Shown here in pieces: positions 50,940 through 61,072 of a stretch of 64,000 nt of DNA. Each line of letters opens with the position of its first letter. The first letter of the stretch is position 1. Both the position numbers and the translations under genes were made by a program. The notes under the pieces were generated by a model. The model saw only the letters and a program-made list of their open reading frames with translations, was not told the origin of the DNA and did no database searches. Source of the stretch: SAR116 cluster bacterium AG-325-I21 (GTDB taxonomy: Bacteria; Pseudomonadota; Alphaproteobacteria; Puniceispirillales; Puniceispirillaceae). The DNA lies in assembly GCA_003282865.1 (NCBI GenBank), contig QBYK01000002.1, positions 14,562-78,561 on the forward strand, given 5' to 3'.

Positions 50940-51596
50940 CTAGTTACCAGCCTGATCGGGCTCAGAATCAGCTATATTGGCCGACGCGGCTTCTACTTCA
51001 GTCACTGGGGTTGCATCCGTTGATACTGCGTCGAATTCGGCTTCTGGGGTTGCTTCCGCCGATGCGACTTTCGTCCCGGGCAGCGTAAAGTCATCACCAA
51101 CGATTTCACCTGTGACAGCAACCCCTGTCTTGAGCTGGGTTTCGGCTTCGGCAAGTGAGCGAGCAATATTTACAATAACTGTGATAGACACTTCGGGATG
51201 AAGGCGGATACGCGTCTCTGTCAAGCCCAGCGTTTTGATTGACCGGTCCATAATCACCTGATCGCGCGTGATAGAATAACCAGCGTCTGTCACCGCCTGG
51301 GCGATATCCCGTGATGTGACCGACCCAAACAATTGCCCCATTTCGGATGCGGCCCGGACCAAACTCACGGCAAGGTCCTGCATTTTAGCAGCTTCTGTCT
51401 CGGCATCTTTACGAAGCTCAAGGTTACTGGCTTCACGCTGAACGCGTTCAGCCTCGAACCGCTCCATGTTGGCTTTATTTGCCCGAAGAGCCTTTCCTTG
51501 AGGGATAAGGAAGTTGCGCGCATAGCCAGTCTTCACATTTACAAGGTCTCCCATTTGACCCAACTTTTCGATACGTTCAAGAAGAATAATTTGCAT
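50940..51596 (-). CDS. rplI: 50S ribosomal protein L9
   Basis: MQIILLE...LG..G..V.VK.GYARNFL, LFGSVT, LHPEV, acidic tail. Confidence 0.96.
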   Translation of the reverse strand: MQIILLERIEKLGQMGDLVNVKTGYARNFLIPQGKALRANKANMERFEAERVQREASNLELRKDAETEAAKMQDLAVSLVRAASEMGQLFGSVTSRDIAQAVTDAGYSITRDQVIMDRSIKTLGLTETRIRLHPEVSITVIVNIARSLAEAETQLKTGVAVTGEIVGDDFTLPGTKVASAEATPEAEFDAVSTDATPVTEVEAASANIADSEPDQAGN

Positions 51597-51624
51597 GTTG
51601 ATGTCTCTTTAAACTGGGCGGCGC

Positions 51625-51879
51625 TTATACGGTTACATAGGGCATCAAGGCCAGAAAGCGTGATCTCTTGATGGCTGTGGCAAGCTCACGCTGTTTTTTT
51701 GCAGACACTGCAGAAATACGTGACGGGACAATTTTCCCACGCTCGGACGTGTAGCGGGCAAGGAGCTTGGTGTCCTTATAATCGATCTTTGGCGCATTTG
51801 GACCAGAAAAGGGACAGGCCTTGCGGCGACGGTTAAATGGCCTGCGAACAGCTTCACGCTTGATTTCCAACTGTGTCAT
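51625..51879 (-). CDS. rpsR: 30S ribosomal protein S18
   Basis: IDYKD, SERGKI.P.R, KQR....AIKR.R.LAL.PY. Confidence 0.97.
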   Translation of the reverse strand: MTQLEIKREAVRRPFNRRRKACPFSGPNAPKIDYKDTKLLARYTSERGKIVPSRISAVSAKKQRELATAIKRSRFLALMPYVTV

Positions 51880-51882
51880 TGA

Positions 51883-52311
51883 TTAACCCTCAATTTTTTC
51901 GTCAATGATATTGTTAGGGGCGGTCACATTACTCGTGCTACGATCGCTACCATCGTAATCATCGCGTCCGCCGCGCTGTGACCGTTCCGTTTTGGCCTGC
52001 AGCATGATGGACGAGCCATCTAAAACTTCCTCAATTCGTATATTTAGGAAGCGGAGCACATCTTCGTTTAGCCCCATGATGCGCTCATACTCCTTGAGAG
52101 CTTCTGGTCCGGTTTCCATATTAAACATTACGTAATGGCCTTTCCGGTTCTTTTTTATGCGGTAGGCAAGAGCACGAAGCCCCCAATATTCGCGCTTTTT
52201 GATAGATCCACCGGCAGATGTGATGATTTCAGCCAGTTCGTCAGCCAAGGTTTCAACTTGGGCTGTCGTAATGTCTTGGCGTGCAATAAACACGCTTTCA
52301 TACAAGCGCAT
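51883..52311 (-). CDS. rpsF: 30S ribosomal protein S6
   Basis: MRLYE, WG.R.LAY.I.K..KGHY, EDVLR. Confidence 0.97.
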   Translation of the reverse strand: MRLYESVFIARQDITTAQVETLADELAEIITSAGGSIKKREYWGLRALAYRIKKNRKGHYVMFNMETGPEALKEYERIMGLNEDVLRFLNIRIEEVLDGSSIMLQAKTERSQRGGRDDYDGSDRSTSNVTAPNNIIDEKIEG

Positions 52312-52380
52312 AATAACTCCTTCTGGCTTATTGTCGCTATCAAACCTGGTAACGACTAACCGGATTTACCGGCAAGGATA
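52312..52380 (-). promoter_or_regulatory. rpsF leader (S6:S18 autoregulatory RNA element)
   Basis: Minus strand TCCTTGC can pair with the AAGGAG Shine-Dalgarno. Internal CCG motif and hairpin GTCGTTAC/ATAGCGAC match the architecture of the known S6:S18-binding leader. Confidence 0.65.
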
Positions 52381-52429
52381 TCTTCAAATATGAGGGTAGC
52401 TAGACGTAAGACACCCAGCCTAAGCGCGC

Positions 52430-52457
52430 AGGGTACACTTTTTGTAGTTAAGTGCAA
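52430..52457 (-). promoter_or_regulatory. Putative sigma70 promoter of rpsF-rpsR-rplI
   Basis: TTGCAC-N16-TACCCT on the minus strand, upstream of the leader. Confidence 0.4.
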
Positions 52458-52640
52458 GCCCCTTACCAGTTTTTTGTTGCAATATGGCCGGTCTTTTTAG
52501 GTCAGCTGGTTATTGCAAGGACAGAGGTTGCCTTAACAACGTCTTTTGGAATAGGTTTAGGTCTTCATGGCGCTGGTTTTAGCTGGCATGCAACGTTTTG
52601 ACACGAGGACTAATCACGCGTTAGTGAACGGTTAGATTGA

Positions 52641-53591
52641 ATGACAAACAGTTCGATTGCTTTTTTGTTTCCGGGTCAGGGATCGCAGGCGGTTGGTATG
52701 GGCGGTGCCTTGGCAGTGTCCCATCCCGCCGCCAAATGCGTTTTTGAAGAGGTCAATGATGCGCTTGGCGAAAATTTATTCGTAATCATGCAGAACGGGC
52801 CTGACGACAAAATTCGGATGACTCGCAACGCACAACCTGCTTTATTTGCCACCTCGATGGCGGCGGTTCGTGTTCTTGAAGCCGAACTTGGCGCTTCATT
52901 GGCTGCGTGCGGTGGCATGGCAGCGGGGCATTCGCTTGGCGAATATTCGGCGTTGGCGGCCGTTGGCAGCCTTAGCATCATCGATGGTGCGAGGTTGCTT
53001 CGGCAACGCGGCGATGCAATGCAATCTGCGGTGCCGGTTGGTGAGGGTGCAATGGCGGCAGTTCTTGGAGCGGACGAGTCGCAAATAAAAAATATTTTAG
53101 ACGAAGCAAAATTTTCAGGTCTCGTGCAGATTGCCAACGATAATGCACCCAGTCAAATTGTCATTAGTGGTGAGTTAGCTGCGGTTGATGCAGCGATTGA
53201 AATTGCCAAGGCAGCAGGATTGCGTCGCGTCATCAAACTACCGGTATCTGCCCCATTTCATTGTGATTTAATGGCCCCTGCGGCCGCCATTATGGAAGAA
53301 GCGTTGTCAGCTGCCAATTTTAGCGATGCAGCCATTCCAGTTTATTGCAATGTTACAGCTGCTGCAGAGACAAACGCCGCAAAATTACAAGAAAATTTGT
53401 TGGCGCAGATCACTGCCCGAGTGCGCTGGCGCGAGTCGTTAGTCGCGATGAGTACTGCCGGAGCAAAACAGTTCGTCGAGCTTGGCACTGGAAAAGTTTT
53501 ATCTGGTTTAGTGAAACGGGGTATTGAGGCCAAAGCAATTGTCAATCTGGATGGCCCGGATGATCTGGACAGCGTCTTAGCCCAGATGTAG
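52641..53591 (+). CDS. fabD: Malonyl-CoA:ACP transacylase
   Basis: FPGQGSQ, GHSLGEY, LPVSAPFH. Confidence 0.96.
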   Translation: MTNSSIAFLFPGQGSQAVGMGGALAVSHPAAKCVFEEVNDALGENLFVIMQNGPDDKIRMTRNAQPALFATSMAAVRVLEAELGASLAACGGMAAGHSLGEYSALAAVGSLSIIDGARLLRQRGDAMQSAVPVGEGAMAAVLGADESQIKNILDEAKFSGLVQIANDNAPSQIVISGELAAVDAAIEIAKAAGLRRVIKLPVSAPFHCDLMAPAAAIMEEALSAANFSDAAIPVYCNVTAAAETNAAKLQENLLAQITARVRWRESLVAMSTAGAKQFVELGTGKVLSGLVKRGIEAKAIVNLDGPDDLDSVLAQM

Positions 53592-53650
53592 TCTTGTTAG
53601 TCAGATCGTTTTAATGCGGCCTGGTCGTACATTTCGAGTAAAGGTGGGTT

Positions 53651-54391
53651 ATGTTTGATCTTCACAACAAAATTGCTCTCGTGACTGGTGCCAGCGGAGG
53701 TATTGGTGCACAAGTTGCCACAGCGTTACATGCACAGGGTGCAACGGTAGTGTTGCATGGGACACGCGCCTCAAAGTTGGAAGCGCTGAAGGCAGAGCTT
53801 GGAGAACGCACCGTCTTGGTTACGGCCAATCTGGCAAACCGCGATGCCGTTGCTGGCCTTGTTGACTCCGCAAGCGAGGCCGCAGGCGGACCTTTAAATA
53901 TTTTGGTGAATAATGCCGGCATAACCCGTGATGGGTTATTGATGCGTATGAAAAATGACGATTGGGATGATGTTCTAGAAGTCAATTTAACGGCAAACAT
54001 GATGCTTTGCCGAGCAGCGATGCGAGCAATGATGAAAGCGCGCTCGGGTAGGATAATCTCTGTTTCATCTGTGGTTGGCGTGACTGGCAATCCTGGCCAA
54101 ACAAATTACGCGGCATCAAAGGCAGGAATGATCGGATTTAGCAAATCATTGGCGGCTGAGGTGGCGAGCCGTGGCATTACCGTTAATGTCGTTGCTCCCG
54201 GTTTTATCGCAACACCAATGACTGATGTTTTAGATGATGGCCAGAAACTGGCGCTCTTGACAAGAGTTCCGGCAGGGCGGCTTGGAACAACTGCCGAAAT
54301 TGCTGCTTCAGTTGTTTTTCTTGCGAGTGATGAGGCGGCTTACATCACGGGTACCACGGTGCACGTAAATGGCGGAATGGCTATGCTATAA
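53651..54391 (+). CDS. fabG: 3-oxoacyl-ACP reductase
   Basis: TGASGGIG, NNAGITRD, GNPGQTNYAASK, HVNGGM. Confidence 0.96.
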   Translation: MFDLHNKIALVTGASGGIGAQVATALHAQGATVVLHGTRASKLEALKAELGERTVLVTANLANRDAVAGLVDSASEAAGGPLNILVNNAGITRDGLLMRMKNDDWDDVLEVNLTANMMLCRAAMRAMMKARSGRIISVSSVVGVTGNPGQTNYAASKAGMIGFSKSLAAEVASRGITVNVVAPGFIATPMTDVLDDGQKLALLTRVPAGRLGTTAEIAASVVFLASDEAAYITGTTVHVNGGMAML

Positions 54392-54521
54392 AACGCGTAT
54401 TGGGACCTTTATGTTCATAACGGGGGTGGTATAAGATTCAAATCTATGTTATCTGCCGCCCAATTTCGAATTCTCCGACCGATCTTTCGGTCAAAAACCA
54501 AGCTTCGAAGAGGGGGCAATA

Positions 54522-54758
54522 ATGAGCGATATCGCAGATCGTGTGAAGAATATTGTAGTTGAACATTTGGGTGTGGATGCCGATAAGGTTGTTGACGGTG
54601 CAAGCTTTATCGATGATCTTGGCGCAGATAGCCTTGATACAGTCGAGCTAGTCATGGCGTTCGAAGAGGAATTTGCTGTTGAGATTCCTGATGATGCTGC
54701 TGAGCGCATCCTGACAGTCAAGGATGCTGTGTCCTTTCTTGAAGAAGCTGCTGCCTAA
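54522..54758 (+). CDS. acpP: Acyl carrier protein
   Basis: [20 protein letters not shown]. Confidence 0.97.
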   Translation: MSDIADRVKNIVVEHLGVDADKVVDGASFIDDLGADSLDTVELVMAFEEEFAVEIPDDAAERILTVKDAVSFLEEAAA

Positions 54759-54845
54759 CCCAGTGCTTAAATCAGATTGTGTTGTATATTCCGGTTGCCG
54801 AAATACACAACCATTGTCTTCCACCTGTTTTTCTGGAGGTTTGCC

Positions 54846-56108
54846 ATGCGCCGCGTTGTAGTCACCGGAATGGGAATGGTCACACCGCTTGGATCCGGTG
54901 TTGATCATAATTGGTCACAGATAATTGCAGGAAAAAGTGGGATATCTCGTATCGAACATTTTGATGTATCCGATATTTCTTGCCAGATTGCTGGTCAAGT
55001 GCCGGGTTCGGATGCTGATGGTGGGCTTAATCTTGATGATTGGATCGACCCGCGCGATCAGCGCAAGCAAGATCGTTTTATTCAGCTAGGTCTCGTGGCC
55101 GCATGCCAGGCGGTTGAGGACTCGGGTTGGAAGCCCGATGCCCGCGAGCAACAAAACCGTACCGGTGTAATGATTGGATCTGGCATTGGCGGTTTAGAAT
55201 CAATTGTAAAAACAGATCAGTTGATGAATGAAAAAGGACCGCGACGCGTTAGCCCATTCTTCATACCTTCAGCACTGATTAATCTCATTTCTGGTCACGT
55301 ATCTATCCGTTACGGGTTCCGTGGCCCCAATCATGCTGTTGTCACTGCATGTTCAACCGGTGCGCATGCCATTGGCGATGCAGCCCGGATGGTTGCGCTT
55401 GATGATGCTGATGTGATGGTTGCTGGCGGTGCTGAGGCTGCGGTTTGCCGTATTGGTATGGCTGGTTTTGCGGCAGCACGCGCTCTGTCAACAAGCTATA
55501 ATGATATGCCCAAAGTTGCATCGCGCCCATGGGATAAAGGGCGTGATGGCTTCGTCATGGGGGAAGGCGCTGGAATTGTTGTGCTTGAAGAGCTTGAACA
55601 TGCAAAAGGTCGTGGTGCTAAAATATATGGTGAAATTAAAGGTTATGGTATGTCGGGTGATGCCCATCATATTACCGCACCTGCCGATGATGGTGATGGA
55701 GCTTTTCGTGCTATGCAGGCTGCTTTGAAACGTGCCGGGCTGGCTGCTGGGGATATTGATTATGTGAACGCTCATGGCACATCAACCCCGCTTGGTGATA
55801 TAATAGAGGCCAAGGCTGTTACTCGGCTATTAGGGGATGCGTCAGCGACGTTATCAATTTCATCAACAAAAAGCGCTACCGGGCATCTTTTGGGGGCTGC
55901 CGGAGCGATTGAAGCAATTTATACAATCAAAACAGTTCAAACTGGTGATTTGCCACCAACACTTAATTTAAAGAAACCGGAAGAAGCGGTGAGCAATCTG
56001 GATCTCGTGCCGTTGAAATCTCGAAATAAAAAAGTGCGGAATGCAATGTCAAATTCGTTTGGATTTGGCGGCACTAATGCATCTTTGATCATGGGTGAGG
56101 TCGCCTGA
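54846..56108 (+). CDS. fabF: Beta-ketoacyl-ACP synthase II
   Basis: MRRVVVTG, TACSTG, NAHGTST, GHLLGAAG, SNSFGFGGTN. ATG follows GGAGG. Confidence 0.97.
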   Translation: MRRVVVTGMGMVTPLGSGVDHNWSQIIAGKSGISRIEHFDVSDISCQIAGQVPGSDADGGLNLDDWIDPRDQRKQDRFIQLGLVAACQAVEDSGWKPDAREQQNRTGVMIGSGIGGLESIVKTDQLMNEKGPRRVSPFFIPSALINLISGHVSIRYGFRGPNHAVVTACSTGAHAIGDAARMVALDDADVMVAGGAEAAVCRIGMAGFAAARALSTSYNDMPKVASRPWDKGRDGFVMGEGAGIVVLEELEHAKGRGAKIYGEIKGYGMSGDAHHITAPADDGDGAFRAMQAALKRAGLAAGDIDYVNAHGTSTPLGDIIEAKAVTRLLGDASATLSISSTKSATGHLLGAAGAIEAIYTIKTVQTGDLPPTLNLKKPEEAVSNLDLVPLKSRNKKVRNAMSNSFGFGGTNASLIMGEVA

Positions 56109-57115
56109 TGCTTATCAAAGCCGCCCGGTTTTTATCCCGGTCGGCGTCTATTTTCCTGCTGCCATGCATTATTTCATCCGCTATTGTGTATGTCTGGCAT
56201 GACAAGATGATGACTGATGCTGGTCCGCATCAGGACGATGTCCTCGTTGTTATTGCGCCGGGCAGCGGCCATAAAACCCTTCGTCACGTCTTGAATCGTG
56301 CCGGTGTAATTCATCAGATTTATCATTATGACGTTGCTCGCATTTTTGCAGGCGAGAGCTTTTCACCAAAGGCTGGCGAGTTTTTATTGCCCGCTAAAGC
56401 CAATCTTAAAAAAATTTTTTCTATTATACATAATGGCGATAACCACCAACGCAGGTTGACGATCGTTGAAGGGTTGCGGAGTGCCGATGTGATGACGTTG
56501 ATCACCGCGATGCCTAATCTTACCGGTTCGGTCAAATCCATGCCTGATGAGGGTAGCTTGCGACCAGAAACCTATTTCTACGTTCACGCTACACCTCGGC
56601 AAGCTCTGATAGACCGAATGCAGAAAAGCCGAGAGCTTGCCCTTGCCAAAGCCTGGAGCGGGCGTGCGAAAAACTTGCCTTATGACAACGCGTATCATGC
56701 GCTGATTATGGCGTCAATCATCGAAAAAGAAGCGTCGACAGGGGACGATCGGCGGTTGGTCGCAGCGGTTTTGGTGAATCGGTTAAACAAAGGCATGCGT
56801 CTGCAGTCAGACCCAACGGTGCTGTATGAAGCCTCTGCAAGTCCACCAAATCCGCCTCCAATTACGAAAACAGATTTGAAAACAAAAACACCCTGGAACA
56901 CCTATGTAATAAATGGGTTGCCTAAAACCCCAATTTGTAACCCAGGGCAGGAATCGATTATGGCTGCTCTGCATCCAGCCAAAAGTGATTACATATATTT
57001 TGTTTCTGATGGAGAGGGTGGGCTTCGGTTTGCAAAAACACTGGACGCACACAACCGCAATGTAAGACTATTCAGGCAATACAAAGCAGCAGTTGAGAAG
57101 GGCACTGGCAAATGA
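56108..57115 (+). CDS. mltG: Endolytic transglycosylase MltG
   Basis: TIVEG, EGSLRPETY, ASIIEKE, NRL..GM.LQSDPTV, NTY...GLP..PI.NPG. Confidence 0.93.
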   Translation: MLIKAARFLSRSASIFLLPCIISSAIVYVWHDKMMTDAGPHQDDVLVVIAPGSGHKTLRHVLNRAGVIHQIYHYDVARIFAGESFSPKAGEFLLPAKANLKKIFSIIHNGDNHQRRLTIVEGLRSADVMTLITAMPNLTGSVKSMPDEGSLRPETYFYVHATPRQALIDRMQKSRELALAKAWSGRAKNLPYDNAYHALIMASIIEKEASTGDDRRLVAAVLVNRLNKGMRLQSDPTVLYEASASPPNPPPITKTDLKTKTPWNTYVINGLPKTPICNPGQESIMAALHPAKSDYIYFVSDGEGGLRFAKTLDAHNRNVRLFRQYKAAVEKGTGK

Positions 57116-57780
57116 CGAAAAACGCATCATTGGCTTTAGATAAAAGAACTGGTTTTGGCGGCCGCAGGGGTCTGATGTTGGTCCTTTCATCTCCATCTGG
57201 GGCAGGGAAGACTTCAATATCACGGCGCTTACTGGCCGGGGAAAACGAGCTTGAGTTGTCAGTCTCGGTAACCACGCGCGAACGGCGCCCCGGTGAGGTT
57301 GAGGGAAAAGACTATCACTATGTTTCGAGGGATGATTTTCATTTGATGATTAATAATCGGGAAATGCTGGAATATGCAAGGGTGTTTGACCATTATTATG
57401 GCACACCATCGGCCCCTGTGATGGCCGCATTGGCTGCAGGGCGTGATGTGCTGTTTGATATCGATTGGCAAGGTACTCAGCAGTTGGCTGATGCAAATAG
57501 CGACGATTTGGTATCTGTTTTTATCCTTCCGCCATCAACGCGTGATCTTGAAAAGCGGTTATTGAACAGGGCACAAGACAGCGCTGATATTGTTGCTGCC
57601 CGTATGTCCAAAGCATCCGATGAAATTAGCCATTACCGTGAATATGATTACATTCTAGTAAATGTTGATCTAGATCAATCAGTTAGCGAGGTTAAAGCTA
57701 TCTTGCAAGCGGAACGACTGCGTCGTGACAGGCTGGTTGGACTCACCAATTTTGTAAAACGGCTTCGTGCTGGTTATTAG
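57112..57780 (+). CDS. gmk: Guanylate kinase
   Basis: SSPSGAGKT, TTR..RPGE..G.DY, FDIDWQG, FILPPS. Confidence 0.96.
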   Translation: MTKNASLALDKRTGFGGRRGLMLVLSSPSGAGKTSISRRLLAGENELELSVSVTTRERRPGEVEGKDYHYVSRDDFHLMINNREMLEYARVFDHYYGTPSAPVMAALAAGRDVLFDIDWQGTQQLADANSDDLVSVFILPPSTRDLEKRLLNRAQDSADIVAARMSKASDEISHYREYDYILVNVDLDQSVSEVKAILQAERLRRDRLVGLTNFVKRLRAGY

Positions 57781-57811
57781 TTTCGGCGTTGGTCATCACT
57801 TTGTTTGCTAG

Positions 57812-58678
57812 CTATTGAACTGGATTATTTTCTTGCTCTTCATATCGGGACGCCAACCTACAAAATTCTTCAATATTAATTTCCTGAGGCCGCTTTTTAG
57901 GGTTGATGTTGGCAGCACTTAACAAGCGTTCGCCGCCAATATTTTTTAATGAACTACGTAGCATTTTTCGACGTTGGCCAAACGCAATGCGTGTTACGGC
58001 CTCTAATGCCGTTTTACTGCACGGAAAACGGGGGGCTGGTAGTGGCACAATTTGGACAATGGAAGAGGTGATTTTTGGGGTAGGCACAAAGGCCGATGCC
58101 GGCACGTCGAACAGAATTTCACTATCGGCAAGCCAGCGTGTCAGAACGCTTAATCGGCTATAGGCTTTATCGCCGGGCCGTGAGGTAATGCGCTCGGCCA
58201 CTTCGCGTTGAAACATCAATGTCATCGACTCAAATGCGTGCGCATGGGTCAACCACCGAGTTAATAATGTCGTAGCAATGTTATAGGGTAAATTGGCGAT
58301 GATGCGGCGTGGGCTAGTTCCCATTTCCCAGATGGGGCTGTGAATTGCGTCAGCCTCAATTAAGCGCAGCCGGTCACCGGCAACATTGGTCAATCCGGCA
58401 AGGACATCTGCGGCACGGCGATCCTTCTCAATGGCAATTACATGAGTTGCTCCTTCTAGCAGAAGGGCGCGCGTTAAGCCACCAGGTCCGGGGCCAACTT
58501 CGATCGTTGTGCCAAATAAAGGGCCAGAAGAACGCGCTATTTGGCGTGTTAGGGAGAGATCGAAAAGAAAATTTTGTCCCAGTGATTTGCGTGCCCGCAT
58601 ATCCATTGACTTAACAAGCTCGTGCAAAGGGGGCAGAGCTTCAATGCGGTCTTTCAAATCTTGCTGGTCAGCCATCAT
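57812..58678 (-). CDS. rsmA: 16S rRNA adenine dimethyltransferase
   Basis: KSLGQNFL, EVGPGPGGLT, NLPYNI, F.QRRKML. The start may be up to 30 nt further upstream. Confidence 0.95.
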   Translation of the reverse strand: MMADQQDLKDRIEALPPLHELVKSMDMRARKSLGQNFLFDLSLTRQIARSSGPLFGTTIEVGPGPGGLTRALLLEGATHVIAIEKDRRAADVLAGLTNVAGDRLRLIEADAIHSPIWEMGTSPRRIIANLPYNIATTLLTRWLTHAHAFESMTLMFQREVAERITSRPGDKAYSRLSVLTRWLADSEILFDVPASAFVPTPKITSSIVQIVPLPAPRFPCSKTALEAVTRIAFGQRRKMLRSSLKNIGGERLLSAANINPKKRPQEINIEEFCRLASRYEEQENNPVQ

Positions 58679-58721
58679 ATATGGTTTCTTTTGGGTCGGC
58701 ATTCGCAATGTGGACAGGGGG

Positions 58722-59720
58722 TCAAGCGCTGGCGCTTTCGGCTAGCTCTCTGGCCATGTTGATGGCAGCTATAAGGCTATCAGCACGTGCGACGCCGCTG
58801 CCCGCAATATCTAGCCCAGTCCCATGGTCAGGTGATGTGCGCACAAAATCCACCCCCAAAGTGATATTAACGCCACCAAAAAAATCAATTGTTTTTAGTG
58901 GGATAAGAACTTGATCATGATACATTCCCAAAACTGCATCATAGGTTTCACGGGCTTCAGCGTGGAACAGCGTATCGGCTGGATGAGGGCCAGTGGCATT
59001 TATGCCAGCCGAGACAAGCTGGCGGACAGCTGGCACAATAACCTTGCCATCTTCCTCGCCCATTTGCCCATCTTCACCAGCGTGTGGGTTTAGCCCACAA
59101 ATCGCAATCCGCGGATACTGAATGCCAAAACTTACTTTTAAACAATAATTCATCAAAGTGCATTTTTCTATTATCAAGCCCGCGGTGATAGAACCTGGCA
59201 CTTTACCTAACGGAATGTGGGCGGTAGCTGGAACTACCCGCAATTTATCGCACGCGAGCATCATCAATGGACCGCCCGGCATTGTTGTGGCAAGGCTTGC
59301 CAGATACTCCGTATGTCCGGGAAAGCTAAAGCCAGCTTTATAGAGGCATGATTTTTGAATAGGGTTAGTTACCATGCCAGCAGCGGTGCCGGACTGGCTC
59401 CACAAAACAGCTTGTCGAATAGCGTCAATGACCATAGGGGCGTTCAATGGGTCTGGGTGTCCCGCGATTGGCATTTTTCTCCAAGATACGGGTATAATAG
59501 CTAATGCAGATGTGTCATAATCATATAAAGAAGGGTTACTTATTTCGTAAAAATTAGCTGTTATATCAATTGATTGGGCGGTTTGAGCAATATGTTCCGG
59601 GCTACCCATCAAGCATATGTTCTTTACTCCAGAATGCCAGGCCTTGAGGCAAATTTCAGTTCCAATGCCAGCAGGCTCTCCCGGGGTGATAATAAGTGGT
59701 GGTTCAGGCATTAGACTCAT
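58722..59720 (-). CDS. pdxA: 4-hydroxythreonine-4-phosphate dehydrogenase
   Basis: GEPAGIG, GHTEYL, LNPHAGE, MYHDQ, RTSPDHGT. Confidence 0.96.
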   Translation of the reverse strand: MSLMPEPPLIITPGEPAGIGTEICLKAWHSGVKNICLMGSPEHIAQTAQSIDITANFYEISNPSLYDYDTSALAIIPVSWRKMPIAGHPDPLNAPMVIDAIRQAVLWSQSGTAAGMVTNPIQKSCLYKAGFSFPGHTEYLASLATTMPGGPLMMLACDKLRVVPATAHIPLGKVPGSITAGLIIEKCTLMNYCLKVSFGIQYPRIAICGLNPHAGEDGQMGEEDGKVIVPAVRQLVSAGINATGPHPADTLFHAEARETYDAVLGMYHDQVLIPLKTIDFFGGVNITLGVDFVRTSPDHGTGLDIAGSGVARADSLIAAINMARELAESASA

Positions 59721-60994
59721 AAATCTGTTTCGATGATTGCAGAACGGCGCAAGCGAAATAGATAGCGTTCTGACAGTGATCCAAAAATTTTATCAAATTC
59801 AGCACGGAAAACATCTTCGCGTGAGGGCAAAATCATTTTATGGGCCTCTCGCTTACAAAGCATAAAAACGCTTACTCCCTCGACGAAGGATAGTGGTTTG
59901 CTGGGCACCAAAATTTCAAGATTCTTAATAAGATTTTGTAGGGGGGTGTTAAATGATCTCAGTTTAACATTCTTGATCAGCCCATTAATCTTTGAACCAT
60001 ACTTTTGGTTCAGCGCAAGCAGATCATCACAGTTTTTCACTTTTGCTGTCTCCCGCTCAATTTTGGCGGCGGCTTCCAGCTTACTGGCATTTGACGCATT
60101 CTTTTTAAGCGGGTAAACGGCCCGGGCAATTGTAATTACGTCTTGACTTGGATCGGCAGCACCATTTTGTAGAGTTCCCTCCTTGCGGATTAAAATGACT
60201 AGTCCGTCACGTTGGAGCGGAGTACTAATTGCCCCAATTTCGATTTTTTGGATCTCTTCATTTATTTCTGGTGGTAATTGATTAGTTAATACCCAACCAA
60301 GAGAGCCCCCGCTTCGTGCTGTTCCGGCAGCAGAATACTGTCTTGCAATGTCATTAAAATCTGCACCGCGATTGACTGATTTGATAATTTCATTGGCAAG
60401 TTTGAGCGTCTTGTTCATAGGCCGTTTTGGTCCGGGTAGCAAAATTATTTCGCTAAGTCTAACCTGCGGTTGTTGCGAGTTCTTTTTGATTTGCAAAAGT
60501 GCTTTATCGACAATGGATTCTAGCTCTCTAAATTGACTATCAAATTTGTACTTAATGAATTCTCCCCAAACGATATCACTTACAAGTTTTGACTGGATAT
60601 TGCGTGCATCAATACCCTTATCGCGAAGATTATTTGAACCACTTTTGCCATTGTCAGCAAAGTTTTCATCTAAAAGATTCTTAGCCGTCTCGCGGCTTTT
60701 ATCCACGATGGTCGGATCGACTGCTTTAGCCGCTTCAAGTTTCAAAATTTCGTCGATCAACATTTGGGTTGCATCCTGTCTTATCTGCTGACGATTAGCT
60801 TTTGTATCGTCCAGATTTGTAACCATCCGCAAAAAAGCCGCCCGTTGATCAACATCATAATTTGTGATTGCTTTACCGTTTACCTTCGCCACAATCTCTA
60901 GTGCAGCTTGTCCATTCGGGACCCTCGCACCAACAAAAAACATGAAGCAAAGAGCAAAAATTGCAAATAATTTATGTCTACGCGTCATCATCAT
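59717..60994 (-). CDS. surA: SurA-like periplasmic peptidyl-prolyl isomerase/chaperone
   Basis: Signal peptide, A.VNG..IT..D, rotamase motif DF..IARQYS....A..GG.LGW, LRRSAIIE. Lies upstream of pdxA. Confidence 0.85.
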   Translation of the reverse strand: MMMTRRHKLFAIFALCFMFFVGARVPNGQAALEIVAKVNGKAITNYDVDQRAAFLRMVTNLDDTKANRQQIRQDATQMLIDEILKLEAAKAVDPTIVDKSRETAKNLLDENFADNGKSGSNNLRDKGIDARNIQSKLVSDIVWGEFIKYKFDSQFRELESIVDKALLQIKKNSQQPQVRLSEIILLPGPKRPMNKTLKLANEIIKSVNRGADFNDIARQYSAAGTARSGGSLGWVLTNQLPPEINEEIQKIEIGAISTPLQRDGLVILIRKEGTLQNGAADPSQDVITIARAVYPLKKNASNASKLEAAAKIERETAKVKNCDDLLALNQKYGSKINGLIKNVKLRSFNTPLQNLIKNLEILVPSKPLSFVEGVSVFMLCKREAHKMILPSREDVFRAEFDKIFGSLSERYLFRLRRSAIIETDL

Positions 60995-61072
60995 TGTTTT
61001 CGTTTTCAGTTGGGATTTGGTCTTTGACGATCATAAGAGCTCTCATAGCCTCAAAATTGTAACTTCTATAAA

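Noticed and set aside
50940-51150. Long acidic low-complexity tail of L9
   Set aside because: A typical, variable feature of alphaproteobacterial L9.
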